Assembly: GCF_009914755.1 (NCBI RefSeq)
Contig: NC_060926.1
Length of the DNA stretch: 64,000 nucleotides
Direction: 5' to 3' (one strand)
From: the human T2T-CHM13v2.0 reference genome, Homo sapiens
The notes below the pieces were generated by a model. It was not told the DNA's origin. It did no database searches and saw only the letters and a list, made by a program, of their open reading frames with translations. Shown in pieces: positions 44,301 through 58,962 of the stretch (its first letter is position 1; each line of letters starts with the position of its first letter). The translations under genes were made by a program, and so were the position numbers.

Positions 44301-44951
44301 CTATCATGCAGCTTGCTGACTGCTGGGTGTAAAGACAATTAAGTAAAAACAATAGAGCACTTTAATGAGTCTTGTGATGATTTTTTTTGATAGAGAATAA
44401 GTTTCATAAACAATTACATTTAGAATTATGAAATCGTGAGATAAAGGAATATAATGTCCTAGGTTATTGTCTAATAACCATGATTTCCTCCTTTTTTGCT
44501 TTGAACAAACTTTTTGTGAAAAATTTCAAACTCATACAAATAGAATAGATTATGAGCCTTCCTTACCCCACAAGTATCCATCATCCAGCTCTTCAAATCA
44601 TTAACCACTGATCAATGTGGCTTCATTGTTTTTCTTTCATATTTTTTTCCTATTTTGTTCCTATTTGTTTTTCTTTTGGGAGATGCTGGAAGTCTTGGAG
44701 CAGGGCTTTCTGTGTAATAGTGGAGCCATACTGAAAAATTATTTTTCAAATTTTTGTATCCTTTTTTGAAACCTGACTTCAGGGTTCAAGGGTGAATCCT
44801 GCTGCTCTTAGAGGGACCTTCTTTTGCTGCCTTTAGAGGATTGTTTACCTTGTAGAAAAGTATATGAAGTGTTGGTTTGGAAAAAGCAAACACACTTGTC
44901 AGGTGCAAAAACATAGAACACTCCCAATAATCTTTCATGTAAGCTAAACTT

Positions 44952-45283
<332 letters not shown>

Positions 45284-46689
45284 ATAATTTTTCATGTAAG
45301 ATAAACCTAAGAAAAATAACTGCATGGAACATTCGTATTTGTGGTCTCTAAATTGTGTAAAGGCAGCAATTTCAGGCTTTTAAGGAATCAAGCTGGCTGC
45401 AGAATTGGGTATGGGAAATTAGCTTGTCTAACTCATTGGCTTGATTTTTGCGGTGCCCATGATCTTTGATGAGGACTTTGTATTCCATTGTTCTGTGTAA
45501 TGCTTCCACAAGTCATTTCTGCGAATGGATGAATTTTTCTTATGTGGCAGGAGCCGATGCGTGTTTTTTTTTTGGTAGCGATCTTAATGATGCCCATAGG
45601 ATAAATGAGAAATTCTCACAAATCCTCACTAATAAATATGGACACTTAAAAAGTCTCCAGGTGTGGATGCTTTGTGTTTACTGCTGAGAGTGCCCCTGAA
45701 AATGCTTTTTAAATTTTCTTGCCTGTCCAGGTAATGTGATGGGAACTACAGGAAGCCAGTTTAAGTGTCAATGTAGCCTAGAATATGGAGAAAAGGCAAT
45801 TGTTTGCATAATATTCTACTGCTAACATGTGTGAATGTGCTTTGCAAACTTATTTCAGTTCTTGAACATCTCAGAAGGGCTGGGGAGCAGGTGATGTTGA
45901 CCCTTTTTTACTCTTAAGTAAATGCTCTTAAGTGGGCCAGTCAATAGTGAGCTGGGACCAGAACTCAAGTCTTCTGTTATTAGCATGTGTTGCTGTCCAG
46001 AGTAGAGCCTGGTACATTATAGGCACTTGGTAATTGAATGAATGAGTGAATGAATGGAAATACTCCAAGTCAGCTTTTTGCAGAGGATGCCTTTATAGAC
46101 CCTTGGTATTATGAAGAGATCTTTGGAAACATGTTTTATGGAAAGATAATTTAGGAAATATTTGTCTCTGGAAGAGTCACTGAATATGTAAATATATCCT
46201 GCATCAAAGAAATCACTGTACCTTTGTTTAGTCCAGTGTTTAATGATTATGGTGCCTTCCTATGTAGCACATCTATTAATGTCCCATAGAATTATTGTTA
46301 TGTGTAAGAGCATTTTGGAAACATAGCTCCAAATGAATAGCTTTCTAGAGGGGAATTTGATATTGACCAGTTAAGACTATCAAATTAAAAGTTAAACTCA
46401 GATTGTGACCTTCTGCTTTTGTCTCATTTACTCCTTTGTTTCCATCCTGAAGTTGCAACTGTCATCTCTACGTAGATTATTTGGACTTTACCTTTTCTAT
46501 CTTACCTGTTTCCTGGGTAGTTCTTTTATTTGTGAATTTAAAAAAAGCAAACTTTATTCTTTTAAGAATAATACATGTTCAAGTTGGAAAATTAGAAAAT
46601 ATAACCTGGCAAAATTAAGAGTATAATTCTACTCATAATCCCACTATCAGAGATAACTGTTATTTATGTGCTGTTGTACATATCCTTTA

Positions 46690-46905
46690 GAACTCAAGAC
46701 TACAGGGGTAGTTTATCTGGGTTCAAGTCCCAGCTGTTTCTCCTACTGGCTGTGTAACTTTGGGCAGGATATTTAGCCTATAGCCTCGATTTCCTCATCT
46801 GTAATATGGGGATAATTATAGTGCCTATATGATAGGGCCATTATGGGGATTAAATGAATTAATATTTATAAAAGATTAGAACAATACCAGACACATGGAA
46901 TTTAT
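46690..46905 (+). mobile_element. MIR
   Basis: ctgggttcaagtcccagc...tttcctcatctgtaatatggggataat...gattaaatgaattaata. Confidence 0.85.
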
Positions 46906-47409
46906 ATATGCTAAATTAAATGTGTATGTATGCAAGTATGTATGTGTACAATATTATATTGCATGCATATATCACAAAATTAAGCAGTACCCCATTGTTC
47001 TATATTAACAATTTGTTTTAAATTTTTCACAGTAACAAACACTCTGTAGTAAACATTCATTCTCCCTGTTTTTTACGTATCCATCATTATTTCCTTAAGT
47101 CAATTTCTTAATGGGATCTACTAGATCAATGGATGTACATGTTTTTAGAACTTTGATATAGTCTTTCTAGAGAACTTGGTAAGAGATCCTGTCAATGCTG
47201 CTAATAGCTGTGTTTGAGAATGCTGTCTTTTTTTCTTTTCATCAATATGGAAGATAAAACATTTTTCCCATTTAAAAGACATTACTAATGAAGTTAATTG
47301 TTGCTCTATGGATAGATTTTGCCACTTGTATTTCCTTTTTGGTTGTTGCTATTTACAGTTTGAAAAAAAAAAGACATTGTTTTTTCTTTTTGCAAGAACC
47401 CTGGTGATC

Positions 47410-48927
47410 TTTCGATACATACAGTGAAGGCACAGTGATCAGATCAGGGTAATTAGTATATTCATCATCTTAAAAGTCTATCATTTCTTTTTGTTGGAAA
47501 CATTCAATATCCTCTTTTCTAGCTATTTGAAAATATATGTTATTGTTAATCATAATCATTCTACAGTACTTTAGAACACTAGGACTTACTCTTCCCATCT
47601 AGCTATTATTTTGCATCCCTTAACAAATTTCTCCCTACCTCTTTTCCCCCTACCTATCCCTGCTTCTAGTATCCTCTGTTTTACTTTTTACTTCTATGAG
47701 ATCACCATTTTTTAGCTTCCAAATATGAGTGAGAACATGTAGTGTTTGACTTTCTGTTCCTGGCTTATTTCACTTAACCTGGTATCCTCCAATTCAATCT
47801 CTTTTGCCTAGAATGACAGGATTTTATCCTTTTTTATGGCTTAATAATATTCCATTGTGTATATATGCCACATTTTCTGTATCAGTTCATCTTTCATTGG
47901 ACTCCTAGGATGATTCCATATCTTGGTTGTTGTGAATAGTGCTAGAATAGACATGGGGGTGTAATATCTCTTTGATACACTGATTTCCTTTTCTTTGGTA
48001 AATGCCCAATAGTGAGATTGCTGGATCATATGGTAGTTCTATTTGTAGTTTCTAGAGGAACCTCCATACTGTTCTCCACAGTGACTGTATTAGTTTCCAT
48101 TTCCACCAACAGTGTATAAGTGTTCCTGTTTCTCTGCATCCTCACTAGCATTTTTTTTTAATTTTTATTTTTTGATTATAGCCATTCTAACTGGGGTGAC
48201 ATGATATCTCATTATGGCTTTGATTTGCATTTCCCTCATGAGTAGGATGTTAAGCATTTTTTCACATATTTTTTGGCCATTTATATGTGTTCTTTTGAAA
48301 AATACCTGTTCAGAGCATTTGCTCATTTTTAAATTGGATTTTTTTTTGCTATTGAGCTCTTTGAGTTCCTATTTATTTTGAATATTAATCCCCTGTCAGA
48401 TTGCATGTATTTTCTGCCATTCTGTAGGTTGCCTTTTTTCTCTGATTGTTTCCTTTGCTGTGCAGAATCATTTTAGTTTGTATATAATCCCATTTATTTA
48501 TGCTTTTGTTGCTTGTGCTTTTGAGGTGTTATTCATAAAATCCTTTTTCAAACCAATGTCTTAAAGTGTTTCCACTGTGTTTTCTTCTGTTAGTTTCATA
48601 GTTTCATGTCTTACATTATGTAAGACATTTAATCCATTTTGAGTTGATTTTTGTATAGAGAGATGGGAGTCTGTTCTTTTTTCCTTATTGATACCTAGTT
48701 TTCCTAGCACCATTTATTGAAGAGATTGTTCTTTCTTTAATATTCTTTGCACCTTTGTCAAACATCAATTAGCTGTACATACATAGGTTAATTGCTGGTT
48801 TCACTATTCCGTTCCATTGGTCTGTGTGCCTGCTTTTATGCCAGTACCACGATGTTTTGGTTACTATAGCTTTGTAGTATATTTTGAAGTCTGGTACTGT
48901 GATGCCTGCAGCTTTGTTCTTTTTGTC
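47410..48927 (-). mobile_element. L1MA-like element, ~1.5 kb 3' fragment
   Basis: cacagtgatcagatcagggtaattag...atatgagtgagaacatg...gattgctggatcatatggtagttctattt...gcagctttgttctttttg. Confidence 0.9.
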
Positions 48928-51900
48928 ATAGGGAAATTTTTAAATTTTTAAATGAAGTTTGCCTAGAGAGGAAAAATGTTTTTAATTTCCTTTTTTATCC
49001 TAAAGTAGAAGTGATAAGGTTTCAGTTTTTAAAAGTAACATCTCATTCACATTTCATGCTTTTGTGATATTGACCTGTATTCTTTCCATCATTGACTAGC
49101 CTCTCTTTCAACTCATTTACAAAATGAGTTATATAGAATGTAATATATATACATAATATTAAATGATTGTCATGTGTGGACTTACTGAGCTAGATAGTTG
49201 AATCTTTCTGTCCAACTGTTTAGTTTAAAATAGGATTTTTTTTTTCTGAGTAAATCTATTATGGATGAACTTGGGGATTTTGTTTGTCAACCCATTGGAC
49301 AAGAATGGAGTGGAGAAATTTCTTTCAGGGACTGATCGTTAAGCACATTTCCTGGATACGGACCTTAAGACCTGTATTTTAAAATAATGGAAGTAAAATA
49401 TCTGATGCATGGAATCTTCTCATGCATATAACCTCGTTTTCTACTCCATTTATTTGATAATTGTTTCATCATTTCAGATTCAATTTGTAATAGCAATGAA
49501 CACTCTTTAATATTTTTCTAATAAGGATTAGTTGGAGAGGTTAATATGGTCAGAAATTTAAAGAAGCCCAGAGTCATCTTAATGAGTGTCAGGTAATTAA
49601 CCTACATGAATAGATTAAAGAAATCAAGCAGGCACGCTGATGGGTTTTCCTTTCAAGTTCAAATTTAGAACATCATCTTTGCAGTGGTTAGGTCTTACAT
49701 GTTAGATGGTGATTGCTATATTGTTTTTTAATATATAAAAAGCTTAATTGTGAAACCTTATTAGAATTCCTCATCAAATTTGCTTAATTGAAGAATGATT
49801 ATGGTATGTGATATGAATTTTGAATTTTTATATGCAAATGATATTTTTAAAATAAATAGGCTTCCCAAAATGATTTTCTTCATGAATCAAGAACCAGTGC
49901 TTTAATATGTAGATCTCTTGTTACAAGAAAAACAATCAATGTAGAGCTTAAGCGGTTCGTGAACTGCTGAATTTAGGCGTAGGAAACTTGGTGAAAGTGA
50001 TTGTCACTGTTATCCCAGGAATGCTGTTCAAATCTAAATGAAAATTTATGCCAGTGGTCACTGTAAGACTAAAAGGCAAGTTCTGGAAGTAATCTTGAGT
50101 AGTTCAAAGGCAAGATTTCATCTACATTATTCAAATAGGTAGTTTCTCTTCTTAAGGAATTCTAGGCATTTATAGAAATTTCTCCTTTGTTTAATTACAA
50201 TGAAGTTGATATAAGCTGTTTGTGTTTCTGGCCCCTCTGAAGGTGGTGTGCAGGTAGTTGCTATCCTTTCTTTTATAATTATGGCGACTTTAGACATGGA
50301 AGAGGCTAAAACCAGAGATCATTGACTTTGATCCTGTCATTACAGGGAGTTATTTCTCATCTAGGGTAGATAGCCCCATCTTGAAGAATGAGACAAAATA
50401 CAAATTTGGACCTCAGCTCTGTCACTTGCCATTTACTCCTTGAGCCTAAATATTCTGTTTTGCACAATGGAGCCAAAAGTCTCATCAAATGGACAGAATA
50501 AATGACATATTGCTTGTGCAAACACTTTGTTGATCTGCTCAACAATACAAGTATCAGATGTTTCATTGTTGCTTTCCAAGGAACTTCTCTCCTCTCACTC
50601 CTAGGTGTGTCTCGTCCAAGATGTGCTCATTTTATTTGACCGTCTTTTAATTTTCAGTCTCTTAATTGAGTTCTGTTTTCCCCAACCCTGCCCAAGGACT
50701 TTCTTAAACAATAGTACAAAGACACAGTTTAAAAAAAATAAAAACAGTTTAAAAAAAAATAAAAACAAAACTGTTGAGTTCAAGAGGAGGCAAAATGTTA
50801 TTATTTCTACACACACCATTCCTAATCTGTGGTTAGTAAAATGTCAGTTTAGGTCAGAGCCTTGTACTTTAATCTGCATTATGGCCCGTTACCTTTTTCC
50901 ATTGTCACAGACTGTATCCCCAACTCTCATTAATGAGGGTCCCTATTTAAAAGAGAGATCAAATCAACCCTTATTGTGTAAAGGGCTCTGTGTTGATTGT
51001 TGGTGGGGGTGGGTGAGATACAAATATAACGTACAGACCATCCTTATACCTCTTATCATGGTTAGAAGATGGCATATTGTGTAAGCCAGTTGTTGATACT
51101 CTAAGTGTCTCCCGACCACTCATTTGGTCGTTTGGATTTTATAAAATGTATTCTATTTCTCCAGCTGTGTTTGTGATGGATAAGGAGCTATCTTTATGCC
51201 ACTCTATATTGCCATATTGACCAACACAATTGTTTCCTTAGCAGATACTCAATGAATGCTTTGAATCAAGCTGTAGAATCAGAATAATTGAAATAAACCC
51301 CTTGTTACTTTTAGAAAAACAATTCACAAGACTGATATTACTGATGCTAGGTGATAATATCCTATGAAACTCTAAAGAGGGTCCATAAAAGAGCCTTCCT
51401 GCTCAGCACAGGAATGAGGAAGGGTAGATAGATGGAACGTTCTTTAAGTCTGAAAAGTTAAAGGTACTGAATCCTTATCACATAACCTGAGGCATCTAAT
51501 TTAATTTTCTTTTATGCCTTTTTTACTCCTATTTTATTAAATTTGCAGTCTGTCAACCTCTTTGAGAATTTTCTTAATTTTTCTGGATCTGACTTCCTAA
51601 TAACACGTTTTGTATTAGAAAGACTTTATTTTAGCTGCAGTTGAAGTAATTTGTAGGTCATGATTAATTCACCAGTATTATTTCAGGAATCCTCATACAA
51701 ACTGTTTCAGTGGTTATTGTTTGTTCATTTCTCTACTGGGGCAAGTTAAGTACTGAGAAGTAAAGTAATCCACAAAGTCAGTGGAAATTGTTTGGATCTC
51801 TGAGGACTATCAGGAACAGATAATGAAAACATTGAAAACATTCTACTTTAATACTACTTTTTTTTTTAAAGATCATAACATAGGACATTTTTGTCGTCCT

Positions 51901-53074
51901 TATAATCATTTGTTACAAAAACATAAGACCTTAATGTCTGTTAACTACACCTTGATTTAAAAACTCCACTTTACAGACCACACTTGATCACTCCAGCACA
52001 ATTGTATTTGGCAAAGGGGACTCACAGGGGGCACAAAAAGAATATGAAACTAGGCTTGTAAACCCAACAGAACCATTGGAAGAATGCTTCAAAGTTGGAG
52101 GAGTGCTTCATGTTTGTGTGAAAGATCTGTGTTTATTTTCTGGCTAAATTCCCACTTTAGGAGACAACTTTACACCTTTCCAGGATAATCCCGCCTGGGC
52201 ACAAACTGAAGTGATATTATCTGGTTCATCCAGCTTTCTCTTTCTAAATCCTTGGGTAATTTTGTTTTATCAGATTCATAACTCCCTGGCACATAGTAGG
52301 TCCTACCTGCTGGGTGAGTAATAAATATTTGTTGAAGGGTTTTGGTCATTTCTGTTCACACTTGAATAATATGTGATGAGGCTGAGAAGACAACTGTGGA
52401 GGCGATTACATTTGTCATTAGTGACCTCGTTTCTAGTCCCTGAATGTTAACTGTTTTCAGAGGGAATACTTCTCTTATAGGAAATAAAACAGTCTACTCT
52501 CCTGTGCCTTTGACATCCTGAGTGCTTTTCCTCACCACTGAGAATTGGACAGTGACCATGCTTTGTTAGAGAAGGAAGGGTGAGGGGTTATTCATGTTCT
52601 GTACATTCCATTCTGGAATTCTTGGTATCAGAAAAAAGGTTTTATTATTAGCTCAGTAAGAAAATACAATCTGCAGTCTGTGTGGTGGTAAGTGTCCTGG
52701 CATAAAAGCTAAGCTTTTAAAAATTTATGTTTCCCCTTTAAATGCTGTTTTAACATCCAGTCTTTCCAATGGACATTTTTAGAGCACAGATATCTGCTCC
52801 TGAAAGTCATATGTTTTAAACTGTTTCCTGAAACACGCTGAGATTAAAAAAATTTATGTAGGTTTTGAACTTCTAAAATGACTGAGTATTTAAACTTTAA
52901 TGTAAGAAGCACCTGCATGGTAGGATTTGCTGAAAATGCTGGTCTTGAGCCATATGCACAGATTCTAATTCCTTCAGGGTGAGTGGAGGGGCTGAGGATC
53001 CTGAGTGATTTTGATATAGTAGATTGATATTTAGAGTTCCTTTAATAAACAGTGCATTCCAGCCTTCTACTCCA

Positions 53075-53600
53075 GCATAGCAAACTATCTTAAAATGTAT
53101 TGCCTTAACATATTTATTTTATGATATCTCTTGGGCTTGTGGGTCAGGAATTTGGATGGGGTATTCTTCTGTTCCACACAGTGTCAACTGGAGTCACTTA
53201 GTGATATTCATCTGGTGCCTTGTCTGGAGGGTCTACAGTGGCTTAACTCACATGCCTGGCCCCTTGGTAGGGATGACTGGAAGGCTGGGCCCAGCTGGGA
53301 CCCTCTTTGTGTAGTGCTGGGAATTTTTGACAAAGCCTCTTAGCAAGGTATTTGTACTACTTTACAAGGTAACTCTGGGCTCTTAGGATATGGCCAGACA
53401 GAGTGCTTCAAGAGAGCCAAGCAGAGCTGCAAGGCTTCTTGTGACCTGGTGTCAGAAATGCCAGTCCATCGTTTCTGCCACAATCTGTTGATCAAGTAAG
53501 TCCGAAAGAAGGCCCCAATTCAAGGAGAGGGGAATTAGACTTTCCATGCCAATGAGAGGAGTAGCAAAGAACTCACAGCCATCTTTAAACTCTCACACAC
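53075..53600 (-). mobile_element. MLT1 (H/J-like) LTR
   Basis: gtgggtcaggaatttgga...ttcaaggagaggggaattagact...gcaaagaactcacagccatctttaa. Confidence 0.75.
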
Positions 53601-53899
53601 TAATAGGCAGAAGGCACATTGCTATGACCATGTCATAAATTTCTGAATTATTGATTCATAGTCATTAGTTACTATCTTAATATAAGGGCTCATTGTCTTT
53701 CACCTGATTAGTTTCAGTGATTTCTAAAAGGTATATCCTTCTACATACCAGTCTCTTTTTACTTTGATCCGTTTTATATATGGCACAAGTAATCTTTTTG
53801 AGGTGTGAATGCTGATCATGGAAGTCTTTTTCCTAAAACTGTACATGTGTCTCATCTCCTATTATGGAAGACTGTTTAGACGGTCTAAGGTTCTGTGAT

Positions 53900-54130
53900 G
53901 GAAGTATAGTGTAGAGGTTAATATCATGAACTCTAGAGTGAGACTCTCTGGGTTCGTGTCTTGGTTTTGCGTGACCTTGGGCAGTGCACTCTATCTGCAC
54001 CTTGCTTTTGTCATCCGTAAAAAAGAGAATTATAATGATATCCACCTCAGTGGGTGATTATAAGAGTTAATGAAGAGGATATACAATGTCATTAGAATGT
54101 GCTGGGACAGTAATGGTTGTTTTATTATTA
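53900..54130 (+). mobile_element. MIR
   Basis: agtatagtgtagaggttaatatcatgaactctagag...gtgaccttgggcag. Confidence 0.75.
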
Positions 54131-54550
54131 TTGCTGCTAACATTTTATGGCATAGCATTCAAGACCTGTCCTGTTCTGTTGTACCTTGTATTTTCAGTCT
54201 CATTTCCTATGGCTATTCTTGTAATCCATGCTGCCTCACCCAGTTGTCTTCTGTGCTGTCTGCCTGTTTTCTGTCTTTCCCTTTACTCGTGCTATTGCTT
54301 CTCAGTGAAAAGGGATCTTCTCTCCCTCTCTCCATTGGGACATGATATTACCAAGAAGTGCTTTAGAGGGTTTTCAGTAGATGGAAACTGGAATTTTATA
54401 TCTCATTTCACTGTGACATGTGGTCAGGTTTTGTCTCTCCAACTCCGATATATGCTTCTTGAGGTCAATACCTGGATCAGATTTTTGTCTTTGAGTTTGC
54501 CACACATGTGGCATAGTGCAGCGCCTTATGTATTGGTGTTTAAAATCAGT

Positions 54551-54968
54551 TGTGTTGAGGGTCAGGAAGGGCTAGATTATGCTGCAGTAAGAATCTGGAA
54601 ACCTCAGTGGCTTTAGTACTTTTTAGTACTAAGAGGACTACTTTTTTAGTACTTTAGTTTCTCAGTCATGCTTTTGTCCATGGTGAGTCAATAAGGGGAT
54701 CTGTTAACTGTATCAGTCAGGGTCCCTGGCTGATGAAGGCTCCATCTTAAACATTTTTCCATGATCCAGAAGCATAGAAAAGAGAAGTAGAAATAAATGC
54801 ACTGACTTTTAAAGCTTCTGCACAGAGAGACCCATGTTACTTCTGCTCACATTTCGTTGGCCACTTACATGGTCACACTGAAGTTCTTGTAGGTGGAAAA
54901 GTGTGATTCTATTATGTGCTCAGAATAGGAGAATCAACCATTTATGAAGAAGCTCCAGTGGCTACCAC
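54551..54968 (-). mobile_element. MLT1K/L-like old MaLR LTR
   Basis: gctagattatgctgcagtaag...ctcagtggcttt...ttttaaagcttctgcacaga...gttacttctgctcacatttcgttggcca. Confidence 0.65.
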
Positions 54969-57611
54969 AGATGACGCACTGGTCTCATTACCTATTCCGG
55001 TAAGATTCTTCTAGGTTAATATGCCCAAACTGTTTTAAAGGTTTGACCTGCATGCACCTCATTAAGTTAATGGAATTCAATTCAGTTAAGACTACTGAGA
55101 GTCCTTTATATCTCGTTTGGAGGCTGCTCTGTCCAGGGAGAGTAAAACAAAATCTTAAAGTAGCAGTTTTGTTTGTGTGTGTGGTTTTTCTGGGAAATAT
55201 TAAAGCCTTGAACAATCCCGTATCTTTTTCATATATTTACCTTTAAAGAAAGACATTGTTTTCTTGCACCTGTCCTCCACTTTGATTCTTGCTTTAAAGT
55301 ACATACTGGTTAGCAAGACTTGAGATTGATACTTATTTCTGGCAGCATACCAGAATTACCACTGAGGGACTGCAAAATAGAATCCTTGGCATAGTCACTA
55401 GGGTTCTGAGTTCTACCAAGTTAAGCGTGTTTAATAATTTAATGATCTTAGCAAAATGGAAAGATATCCCATAAATATATGATAATATTCAGTGCCTCAA
55501 AGTTTAAGATGGTATCCCAAAGGAAATTATAGGGGCAGATTATCATATAGACGAATGATTACATTTACTTAACAAAAAATTGGGAGGATTTCTGTTTTAT
55601 ACCGTAATCCTTATGAAGGATCAGTATAGAACTTTGCTTTAAGGAGTTCTAAGTAGTTTATACATCTAGGAAAGTGCAGTAGACATGGGCTACTATGGGA
55701 ATAGCTATTAGAGAAGGCAAATAGAGGATGGCAAGTAAAGGACCTTCGATCATAATTCACTGAATATGTTAGCTGAGTAAGGCTTCTGTTAAACTTGTTA
55801 AGTTGCCAACATTACATGGTTTGACTGGGCCTTGTAAGGACTAGAAAGCAGTGCACGTGTATCTACTTTTCATTTTGAGAATTGTGTCAACAAATATGTA
55901 GAGGTTAAGAAAAGGAAGAAAATTATTTTAAAAAAAAGGATTATACAGTGGGAACAAAGGATTTGGGAATCAAGGAAATGAAGGATATGAGGGGGATGGC
56001 TACACTAAAGATCAGCTGTTCTGAGTGCCCAGAGAACTGGAGTTAAGGGTGTAGCCTCACACTCCTTCAGGGACCTGTACTAACAGACTTCGCGAGAGAG
56101 GGATTCACTGTAAATAGGTTGCTTAGAGTTCTGTTCCTTGGGAGTTTTACAGCTGATCTAGATGACTGGAAGAATAGACCTGTTCATGTAAATTGTAATC
56201 CTGTTAAAGCTATGGCATTTATTAAGGACTTGGACCCCTTTGACAATTTGGACATTTAGGAACCCTCAGTCTAGAATGATGCCCATGTGCACACCCTGTT
56301 GTGTTTAAAGTGTTCAATGGGACCCTTAGTTTAGAATCCTGGCAGCACAGGCAAGGAGAAGTTTGCAAGATGGTTTGCAGCCCCAGCAGTTAGCTACTGC
56401 ATAAATATCTGTGATGATAAAGAGTGGATGTATTGGTGGCTTCAGACAGGCAACAGGGGGGAATTTGTTTTTAATTTTAGGCATTTTAAACAGCACAGGC
56501 TTGTGGATTTAAAAAAATATTTGCATTAACACAACACTAAATATTGTAAGGGGCAAGGAAAGTTTACAGCAAAGCACATTTGCTTGGGGAGAAGGTTTCT
56601 ATGGCTCTCCACTAGCTGTTACATGTTTATATCCTCCAAAACTTTCACTCTGGCTTTTTTCCCGGGAAAGAAATATCTGCCCTTTCCCATTCTTCTACCC
56701 TTAGTGTGTGTGGGTGGCTGTGCATCTCCATGGGGAGGACACGGAATAAAGCTGTGCAGCATGCTCCTTTGCTCCCAGAATCTCAAGCCAAAAGGAATTG
56801 TTCTGAATTGGCTGGGTCTTATTTTCTCAGTGCTATGCCTGGAAGGAGACAGGATCAGGGTGTGATGTGTCCTGAAAGCATAAACTCTTTATTAGCACAG
56901 ATAAATCAGTTGGTTGGCTCAGTAGATTTTTGGGAGTGTTGGTGACATTCATTTCACAGGGATCTCAAATTATCCAGGAATTACCCAGACAGTAGATTAT
57001 GATGCCCTGACTCTGGCAATATCTGCTGTTACTCCCCCTCCTCCCTGCTCCTGCATATGCATACAAGACTTCTATGCTTTTGCAGTGTGATGATATTGGG
57101 GAAGCTGCAAGGGTTTTAGTCTTTAAGTTTCTCAGAGCAAAAGAAGAATGGATACAATTTACTGTGTTGTGGGTGAGAGAGAACTGTGAAACCTGATTTA
57201 AAACAAAAGTGTGGGCCTGTGTCTTCAATAATCTGACTTTGTCTCCCTGTAGCATAAATAATTCCAGTTGTATAATTATGGCTATTCAGGTAATACCCTG
57301 TTATATTGCTCTGGAGTTATACTCCTTTTAAGATTTGCTAGTTAAAAGTTGTCACTTTATTCAGACTTTTGTTTTTAAAGTTAAATTAAAATGTTCTTAA
57401 GGTAGTTTATTCTCCAGGAGGCAGGATTAGCCTTTCTCAGTAGATATTTGGATCTATTTGGAAAGTTTTGATTTTTAAAATTAAGTCTTTGAGTGTATCA
57501 AGTTAAAGCATAATGTATTCTAACATCAACTTATTTTTTATGAATCCCAAAATATTTTGCTACATATTCTGCAATTGGAAAATGGCATCTCGGAAGGATT
57601 AAAGTTCCATA

Positions 57612-58564
57612 TGCTAAAGGAGACACCAAACTCTGTAAAATATTTCAAAAGGCTTATTCTGAGCCAATATGAGTGACCATGGCCTGGGGAACAGTCTCAA
57701 GAGGTCCTGGGAAGGTGTGCCCAAGGTGGTCAGGTTATAGTTTGGTTTTATACATTTTAGGGAGACAGAAAGTGTAAGTAAAATAATAAATTAATATATG
57801 GAAGATGTACATTGGTTTAGCCTAAAGAACTGGGATATCTTGAAGTAGTCGGGAGTGGGGGTTACAGGTCATGGGAGGATTCAAAGCTTTTCTAGTTGAA
57901 AATTGGTTGAAAGAGTTATGCTTTTTCTAAATGAAGTCAGTAGTAAGAAATGTTTGAGTTAAGATAAGGGGAGTTATATAGTCCAGTGTTCTTGCTGTGT
58001 AGATGAAGCCTCCAGGTAGCATCCTTCAGAGAGAATAGATGATAAATGTCTCTTTTTGAACCTTAAAGGTGTCAGACTCTCATCTAATCTCTTCTAGATG
58101 CAGGAAAGACCTAGAAAGGGTCTTTCCTTTAAATAAGAGATTAAATGAGAGACCTGGCTGTATTAGCAGACATTCTCTACATATGCAAATTTCCCTTAAA
58201 AGAGAAGGCTTTATAGGGTCATTTCAAGATATGAAAAAATATATGTCAAATAAATATATGTTGAAGTAAGATATTTTGATTTCCTTCAGGGTCTACATGT
58301 GACTCTATACCAGAGTCAGGTTGGAACTTGGTGTCTTATTGCCACAAAGCGTCTGTTTTTTCAGTCTTATGATGCCAATTTCAATGTTAATGCTGGCCAG
58401 TTATGCCTAAACTCCCAGAGAGAAGAGGTTTAAGGAGGTTTGTCCCACCTCCCTTCCCATCGTGGCTGGAAATTCAGTTTTTCAGGTTTCTCTGGAGTCC
58501 CCTTGGCCATGAGGGACATCCATTCAGACAGTTGGGGGGCTTAGGATTTCATTTTTGGTTTACA
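57612..58564 (-). mobile_element. MER4-group (MER4D-like) ERV1 solo LTR
   Basis: Reverse complement starts TGTAAACCAAAAATGAAATCCTAAGCCCCCCAAC; contains ttattctgagccaatatgagtgaccatggcc. Confidence 0.85.
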
Positions 58565-58676
58565 AGTAGTACTAAACAATTATTAAATCTGTTCTTCTTA
58601 ATGTAATATGGCAAATATTTACAATGATTTGTTAAGTAGTCTATCGGCATTATTCTGACTTATTGTTCCCTTGTCC

Positions 58677-58962
<286 letters not shown>

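Noticed and set aside
50724-50770. Short duplication acagtttaaaaaaaataaaa
   Set aside because: Ordinary slippage in A-rich low-complexity DNA
52369-52447. Box C/D-like GTGATGA...CTGA pair
   Set aside because: Weak terminal stem, wrong k-turn spacing and no guide sequence; expected by chance
54086-54616. 176-aa hydrophobic ORF (also 50605-51084 and 61771-62184)
   Set aside because: Span T-rich or repeat-derived DNA, with composition typical of chance ORFs and no recognisable homology
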